The notes under the pieces: generated by a model | Told to the model about the DNA's origin: nothing | The model's input: the letters and a program-made list of their open reading frames with translations, nothing else | Databases searched by the model: none | IMG/VR virus record: IMGVR_UViG_2734482547_000006 | Source: a virus | Lineage: Duplodnaviria; Heunggongvirae; Uroviricota; Caudoviricetes | Reading direction: 5' to 3' (one strand) | DNA length: 21,751 nucleotides | Program-made: the position numbers and the translations under genes | In this document: positions 17,536 through 21,751 of the stretch, in pieces | Layout: the number at the start of each line of letters is the position of its first letter | How positions within the stretch are numbered: position 1 is the first letter of the stretch

Positions 17536-18993
17536 TTAGGAGCGCCAAAAAAAACCTGAAAACAATATAATAACAGGATAAATTTCAAGGCGACCAAGAA
17601 TCATAGCTATGCACATTAAATATTTTGCAATGTCATTAAGCACTCCGAATGACGATGCAGTAGCCCCAAAACCTAATCCCATATTATTAATACATGCAGC
17701 CACTGTTGCAAATGATGTAAGAAAATCATATCCCATACCATTTAACACCAGTATAAAAAACACCGTGAAGAGAGTATAAAGAAAAAAGAAACTCCATACA
17801 GACCTCATTACACGATCTGTAACTATCTTCCCTCCTACATTTACACTTAACAACGCTCTGGGATGAGAAAGTTGATTTATCTCGTGTTTGCTTTGTTTGA
17901 AAAGTATAAGAAATCGAAGTGACTTAATTCCACCACAGGTTGAACCGATACATCCCCCAAAGAAACTTGACAACAGCAAAAACACTATCGTGTGCGTGGG
18001 CCAGTTTGCATAATCCTGCGTAGCTAAACCATTATCAGTGAGCATGGAGCTGGCAAGAAAAAACGAATGAATAAAACTTCCATGCAAGTCATACATACCT
18101 ATATGCCAGACCTGGAAAGAGGTAACAATGATCACCCCTAAGGCTATTAACAGAAAGAAACGAAGTTCAATATCTCTGATTAAAGGTTTTATCGTTTTTC
18201 TGCTAATAACAATATACCAAAGAGTGAAGTTGAAAGCCGATAGCAGGGAAAAAGAACCAGCCACCAGCTCAACCAAATAGTTATTAAAATATCCGATACT
18301 CTCGCTATGAGTTGAGAAACCACCAAGCGAAACTGTGGAAATCCCGTGACAAATAGCATCAAACAAAGGCATTCCTGCAAGTCTATAACAGACAATACAA
18401 GCAATACCTAATAAAGAATAAGTTATCCACAGTGTCCGTGACGTATCGGCCAGGCGGGGAGTGAGTTTGTCATCCTTAAATGGCCCCGGCATTTCTGACT
18501 GATAAAGCTTTGCACCACCAATACCCAATAATGGCAATACTGCAACCGCCAGAACAATAACTCCTAAACCACCTATAAAATTTAACTGTGACCGATAGTA
18601 CAAATATGCCCGAGGTAATGAACTAACATCATCAATTACAGTTGCTCCTGTTGTTGTTATTCCAGAAACCCCTTCAAACAGAGCATCAATGAACGTTAAA
18701 TTAAGTTCTGAGTCAATCCATAAAGGGAATGCACTAATAACAGAAAACAAAATCCAAAACATTACAATTATAATAAACCCATCACGAGTACGTAATTGAA
18801 TGCCAGATTTCTTAGTTGTATACCACGCTCCGCCACCAATGCAAAAAAATATAACGAAAGTTATAAAGAAAACGAACAGGCTTTTTTCTTTATAAAACAA
18901 TGCTACAACCATTGGTGGCAACATTGAAAGACTATAGAGCCAAACCAGGAACCCACACATATGAGTAACAACTCTTACATGAGATGTATTCAT
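17536..18993 (-). CDS. trkG: Potassium uptake protein TrkG (TrkH/TrkG family membrane transporter), Rac-prophage-type moron
   Basis: Multi-pass hydrophobic protein; from MNTSHVRVVTHMCGFLVWLYS... it is 485 aa, matching the size of E. coli TrkG as recalled. AT-rich codon usage contrasts with the flanking phage genes. Sits right after Rz/Rz1, as in the Rac prophage. Confidence 0.9.
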   Translation of the reverse strand: MNTSHVRVVTHMCGFLVWLYSLSMLPPMVVALFYKEKSLFVFFITFVIFFCIGGGAWYTTKKSGIQLRTRDGFIIIVMFWILFSVISAFPLWIDSELNLTFIDALFEGVSGITTTGATVIDDVSSLPRAYLYYRSQLNFIGGLGVIVLAVAVLPLLGIGGAKLYQSEMPGPFKDDKLTPRLADTSRTLWITYSLLGIACIVCYRLAGMPLFDAICHGISTVSLGGFSTHSESIGYFNNYLVELVAGSFSLLSAFNFTLWYIVISRKTIKPLIRDIELRFFLLIALGVIIVTSFQVWHIGMYDLHGSFIHSFFLASSMLTDNGLATQDYANWPTHTIVFLLLSSFFGGCIGSTCGGIKSLRFLILFKQSKHEINQLSHPRALLSVNVGGKIVTDRVMRSVWSFFFLYTLFTVFFILVLNGMGYDFLTSFATVAACINNMGLGFGATASSFGVLNDIAKYLMCIAMILGRLEIYPVIILFSGFFWRS

Positions 18994-19130
18994 ATCTAAA
19001 TATTCTTTCAATTATAACCACCTTGCTGCAATATTATGATTATACTGTATAAAATTTAACTCCTCTTAGATCTTACTTCACTGTTCCTTATGAAACAATC
19101 ATCAAAATGAATCATATTGTAGTTAAGATT

Positions 19131-19595
19131 TTACTTTAAACACTGCTCGGTTATGTATTGCTGAGCACCTTCAAGTTGGGCCTGCATCATTACCAGTCGT
19201 TCCCGGAGGGTGAAATAATCCCGTTCAGCGGTGTCTGCCAGTCGGGGGGAGGCTGCATTATCCACGCCGGAGGCGGTGGTGGCTTCACGCACTGACTGAC
19301 AGACTGCTTTGATGTGCAACCGACGACGACCAGCGGCAACATCATCACGCAGAGCATCATTTTCAGCTTTCGCATCAGCTAACTCCTTCGTGTATTTTGC
19401 ATCGAGCGCAGCAACATCACGCTGACGCATCTGCATGTCAGTAATTGCCGCGTTCGCCAGCTTCAGTTCTCTGGCATTTTTGTCGCGCTGGGCTTTGTAG
19501 GTAATGGCGTTATCACGGTAATGATTAACAGCCCATGACAGGCAGACGATGATGCAGATAACCAGAGCGGAGATAATCGCGGTTACTCTGTTCAT
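19131..19595 (-). CDS. Rz: Spanin, inner-membrane subunit (i-spanin) Rz
   Basis: Near-identical to lambda Rz as recalled ([58 protein letters not shown]...). Start taken at the ATG that overlaps the endolysin stop in an ATGA arrangement. Confidence 0.9.
   Translation of the reverse strand: MNRVTAIISALVICIIVCLSWAVNHYRDNAITYKAQRDKNARELKLANAAITDMQMRQRDVAALDAKYTKELADAKAENDALRDDVAAGRRRLHIKAVCQSVREATTASGVDNAASPRLADTAERDYFTLRERLVMMQAQLEGAQQYITEQCLK
19190..19375 (-). CDS. Rz1: Spanin, outer-membrane lipoprotein subunit (o-spanin) Rz1, embedded out of frame within Rz
   Basis: 61 aa with lipobox VVGC and the proline-rich stretch [16 protein letters not shown], near-identical to lambda Rz1 as recalled, fully nested in a different frame of Rz. 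Confidence 0.85.
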   Translation of the reverse strand: MRKLKMMLCVMMLPLVVVGCTSKQSVSQCVKPPPPPAWIMQPPPDWQTPLNGIISPSGNDW

Positions 19596-20089
19596 TGCTG
19601 ACCCCACAAACAGATTTCACGCTCAATCTCACGACGAGTCATGAGACCTTTCCATTGCTTACCGCCAGCATATGTCCAGCGACGTAGCTGATCACATGCG
19701 CCTTTGATATCGCCCTGGTTTATTTTGCGAAGAAGCGTCGATGTTCTGAAATTGCCAGCGCCCACGTTGTAAACGAACGAGTAAAGAGCGCCGCGCGTTG
19801 TTTCCGGTATATCGACTTTGATGTACGGGTTAATTTGTCTGGCGACAGTGGCAAGGTCTTTATTCAAGAGTGTTTTGCATTCTGCTTTGGTATACGTTTT
19901 ACCGAGCATGATGTCTTTTCCTGTATGCCCGTGACATACAGTCCATACACCAACAATATCTTTGTATGGTATGTAGCTGACACCTTCCAGACCATCGTTA
20001 CCACTTGGGCCAGTGATTAACACTGATGCTATAGCAATTGCTCCGCCACCAATAGCAGCAGCAACGACTTTTCGTAATGATGGAGGCAT
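19592..20089 (-). CDS. R: SAR endolysin (T4-lysozyme-like muramidase with N-terminal signal-anchor-release domain), phage 21 R-like
   Basis: 165 aa; N-terminal weakly hydrophobic Gly/Ala-rich SAR segment [20 protein letters not shown] followed by a lysozyme-type sequence that matches phage 21 R as recalled. ATGA overlap with the holin stop. Confidence 0.85.
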   Translation of the reverse strand: MPPSLRKVVAAAIGGGAIAIASVLITGPSGNDGLEGVSYIPYKDIVGVWTVCHGHTGKDIMLGKTYTKAECKTLLNKDLATVARQINPYIKVDIPETTRGALYSFVYNVGAGNFRTSTLLRKINQGDIKGACDQLRRWTYAGGKQWKGLMTRREIEREICLWGQQ

Positions 20090-20304
20090 TATTCACCTCT
20101 CGCAGCCTTGCGCTTATCTTCTTTAATCTTGAAATAAAGGTTTGTCAGGTACGTCAGCAGGCCAAATACCAGACTACCCAGCACACCGATTGCAGCCCAC
20201 TGTGACGGAGTTACTCTATCGAGCAACTGTAAAAACCAGTAGCCAGCACTGCCTGCGGAGGTGCCGTAGGCAATGCCTGTTGAAATTTTGTCCATGGATT
20301 TCAT
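20089..20304 (-). CDS. S: Pinholin (phage 21 S-like class II holin) with a dual-start motif
   Basis: [26 protein letters not shown]...[15 protein letters not shown] matches the S21 pinholin as recalled, with antiholin start MKSM and holin start MDK. The track ORF extends upstream to 20361, but that extension is unlikely to be translated. Confidence 0.85.
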   Translation of the reverse strand: MKSMDKISTGIAYGTSAGSAGYWFLQLLDRVTPSQWAAIGVLGSLVFGLLTYLTNLYFKIKEDKRKAARGE

Positions 20305-20403
20305 AGCCTCACCTCCGCACGGAACGGATGGCATAGTTATTATGTGTAGGCTTTCAGACACATCAATCAGAGCCTTAATTGATATATATGCTGGAGACGA
20401 TGC

Positions 20404-20430
20404 AATATAAAAAGCTCGCCGTAGCGAGCT
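20404..20430 (-). terminator. Intrinsic terminator (AGCUCGC-UACG-GCGAGCU plus T-run) between lipoprotein gene 1 and the holin gene; possible tR'-like element
   Basis: On the minus strand a perfect 7-bp stem with a 4-nt loop is followed by TTTTTATATTGCA, about 100 bp upstream of the holin start. Confidence 0.5.
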
Positions 20431-20555
20431 AATAAAATGTATTTCTCTGATATTATGTTTATTTGTATTAGCTCAGACTTGACATCACAGGTTTCGTATA
20501 TAGAACATCATCAAATCTGTCAGTTTGCTATGAATGAGATATAGTAATTGAAGAG

Positions 20556-20951
20556 CTAACCTCGCATGTCAAAGCCAGATTTCTGAAAATCTCTGTAGAC
20601 TTCCGGATTGTTGAAGGCCGGAAATTTGGCTTTATGAGCTGCGGACTTTATCGCTTCGCAATAGGCTTTATCACCGTTACTGGTAGATATTTTTAACGCC
20701 GTGCCATCCTGAGAGAATTCCATATGCAACCTGCATTTTTTCCCTTTCCAGTTATGCGGCTCATCAAGTTTGGCATTAATTGCAGCTCTGATTCCCCGCG
20801 CTTGCGCCCCCCATTCATCCTGATCATCCCAGCGTCCTGAACTGCAACTACCTGTAGCAGTAGTTTTGTGGCAATCTGAAGGGTGTAAAGGTGTGCATCC
20901 CGCAACAAAACCGACCCAAAAAGTCAACATAACGATTTTCTTTAATCCCAC
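20556..20951 (-). CDS. Lipoprotein with TolA C-terminal (domain III)-like domain, diverged paralog
   Basis: GTG start with GAGGAG 6 nt upstream. Signal peptide MGLKKIVMLTFWVGFVAGC with lipobox VAG-C and Thr at +2. C-terminus GKKCRLHMEFSQDGTALKIS..GDKAYCEAIKSAAHKAKFPAF..EVYRDFQ aligns with the TolA C-terminal segment GKTCTLRIKLAPDGMLL....GDPALCQAALAAAKLAKIP....VYEVFK. Confidence 0.7.
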   Translation of the reverse strand: MGLKKIVMLTFWVGFVAGCTPLHPSDCHKTTATGSCSSGRWDDQDEWGAQARGIRAAINAKLDEPHNWKGKKCRLHMEFSQDGTALKISTSNGDKAYCEAIKSAAHKAKFPAFNNPEVYRDFQKSGFDMRG

Positions 20952-21101
20952 TTCTTGCTCCTCAATCCATTAAAATCTCAGCAATAGTAGTTGTTACGTC
21001 CGCCACTGGCTCAGAGCTGACTATCCGCTAAATTTAGCTCAGTGCCGTAGCTGTGTCAGAACAAACCTAAGCCGAAACCGTTTATTACAAAACAATAAAT
21101 A

Positions 21102-21530
21102 TCAGGGTTTAAAATCCAGCACCCCATTTTGAAATACTTTATATACTTCCGGCGAAGGGGGGGCAGGTATATCAGCATTCTTTATCGCATTCATCGCTTC
21201 ACGACATAAATCGAGGTCTCCACTTTCTCTTTTAACCTCCAGTAGAAGGCCATTCGGGGCCATATGCATTCTCAGTGTACACTCTTTTCCTGAATACTTA
21301 CTCGCATCCCCGAACTGTTTTTCGATGGCGCTCTTGATTTGATGGGCATACAGACGGATATCCTCACTAACATCAGAAGTACGTTCAGATGAACTCACAT
21401 ACTGTGTCTCTATTGCTTTATCGGAGTAATATGATGTACGGTCATGATAATTTGTCGATACAGCATCAGTGCACCCGATAATAATCCCACTAATAATCAA
21501 CGTAAGAATTGATGCGCTACGAAAACCCAT
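21102..21530 (-). CDS. Lipoprotein with TolA C-terminal (domain III)-like domain
   Basis: Signal peptide MGFRSASILTLIISGIIIGC with lipobox IIG-C and Thr at +2. C-terminal ~85 aa (YAHQIKSAIEKQFGDASKYSGKECTLRMHMAPNGLLLEVKRESGDLDLCREAMNAIKNADIPAPPSPEVYKVFQNGVLDFKP) closely parallels the recalled E. coli TolA C-terminus (...YAGQIKSAIESKFYDASSYAGKTCTLRIKLAPDGMLLDIKPEGGDPALCQAALAAAKLAKIPKPPSQAVYEVFKNAPLDFKP). RBS GAGGAAAA precedes the ATG. Confidence 0.75.
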   Translation of the reverse strand: MGFRSASILTLIISGIIIGCTDAVSTNYHDRTSYYSDKAIETQYVSSSERTSDVSEDIRLYAHQIKSAIEKQFGDASKYSGKECTLRMHMAPNGLLLEVKRESGDLDLCREAMNAIKNADIPAPPSPEVYKVFQNGVLDFKP

Positions 21531-21559
21531 TTTTCCTCACATATGTCATATAGTAAAGG

Positions 21560-21589
21560 ATTATATATACCGTTGTTTTGGACGCTCAA
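21560..21589 (-). promoter_or_regulatory. Candidate sigma70 promoter for lipoprotein gene 2
   Basis: Minus strand TTGAGC, 18-bp spacer, then TATAAT (plus 21560-21565), about 30 bp upstream of the ATG. Hexamers read by eye only. Confidence 0.25.
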
Positions 21590-21641
21590 ACAGCGAATCA
21601 GATCAAATAAAACGCACATTTGTTAACATTTACACAAAGTC

Positions 21642-21751
21642 GGTAATGACTCCAACTTACTGATAGTGTTTTATGTTCAGATAATGCCCGATGACTTTGT
21701 CATGCAGCTCCACCGATTTTGAGAACGACAGCGACTTCCGTCCCAGCCGTG
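21642..21751 (-). mobile_element. insB: IS1 insertion sequence, terminal ~110 bp including the terminal inverted repeat and the 3' end of insB; element continues beyond the window
   Basis: GGTAATGACTCCAACTTACTGATAGTGTTTTATGTTCAGATAATGCCCGATGACTTTGTCATGCAGCTCCACCGATTTTGAGAACGACAGCGACTTCCGTCCCAGCCGTG matches the IS1 end as recalled, with about one mismatch. The minus strand encodes the InsB C-terminus ...[24 protein letters not shown] with stop at 21657-21659. Confidence 0.85.

Noticed and set aside
20304-20361. Upstream extension of the holin ORF ([19 protein letters not shown]...)
   Set aside because: The phage 21 pinholin family starts at MKSMDK; the extension lacks an RBS and is probably just open frame upstream of the true start.
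20479-20510. Plus-strand TTGACA with a TATAGA-like element downstream, between holin and lipoprotein gene 1
   Set aside because: Spacer is only about 14 bp and the element would transcribe antisense into the lipoprotein gene. Too weak to call.
2254-20908. Nested minus-strand ORFs in alternative frames (2254..2469, 7111..7398, 9060..9371, 14525..14956, 14972..15229, 16245..16538, 17316..17597, 20693..20908)
   Set aside because: Each is contained in or overlaps a longer gene with clear family assignment in another frame. Only Rz1 (19190..19375) was kept, because it has a lipobox and matches a known embedded gene.
21642-21751. Window end considered as a tRNA gene or late promoter / qut region
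   Set aside because: The sequence matches the IS1 terminal repeat and insB 3' end, which explains it fully; no cloverleaf was evident.

Overview
The window is essentially one continuous, leftward-transcribed (minus-strand) late region of a lambdoid prophage of Escherichia coli, ending at the right edge in the terminal ~110 bp of an IS1 element. Reading right to left: IS1 end; two tandem lipoprotein genes whose C-termini resemble TolA domain III; a lysis cassette (phage-21-type pinholin S and SAR endolysin R, lambda-type Rz with embedded Rz1); the low-GC K+ transporter gene trkG, as in the Rac prophage; a ParB-like nuclease-domain gene translationally coupled to a soluble GT-A (GT2-like) glycosyltransferase; a small protein; terminase small and large subunits; portal; MuF-like head morphogenesis protein; scaffold; major capsid; four head-tail joining genes; major tail protein; G/GT tail chaperone with a -1 frameshift site; tape measure; and lambda-like M, L and the N-terminal part of K. 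All calls come from reading the supplied ORF translations and the DNA by eye and from recalled protein families; no searches were run. The most interesting accessory content is the TolA-III-like lipoprotein pair at the Q-S moron position and the ParB-nuclease/glycosyltransferase pair upstream of terminase. Plus-strand ORFs in the track are judged to be antisense artefacts.
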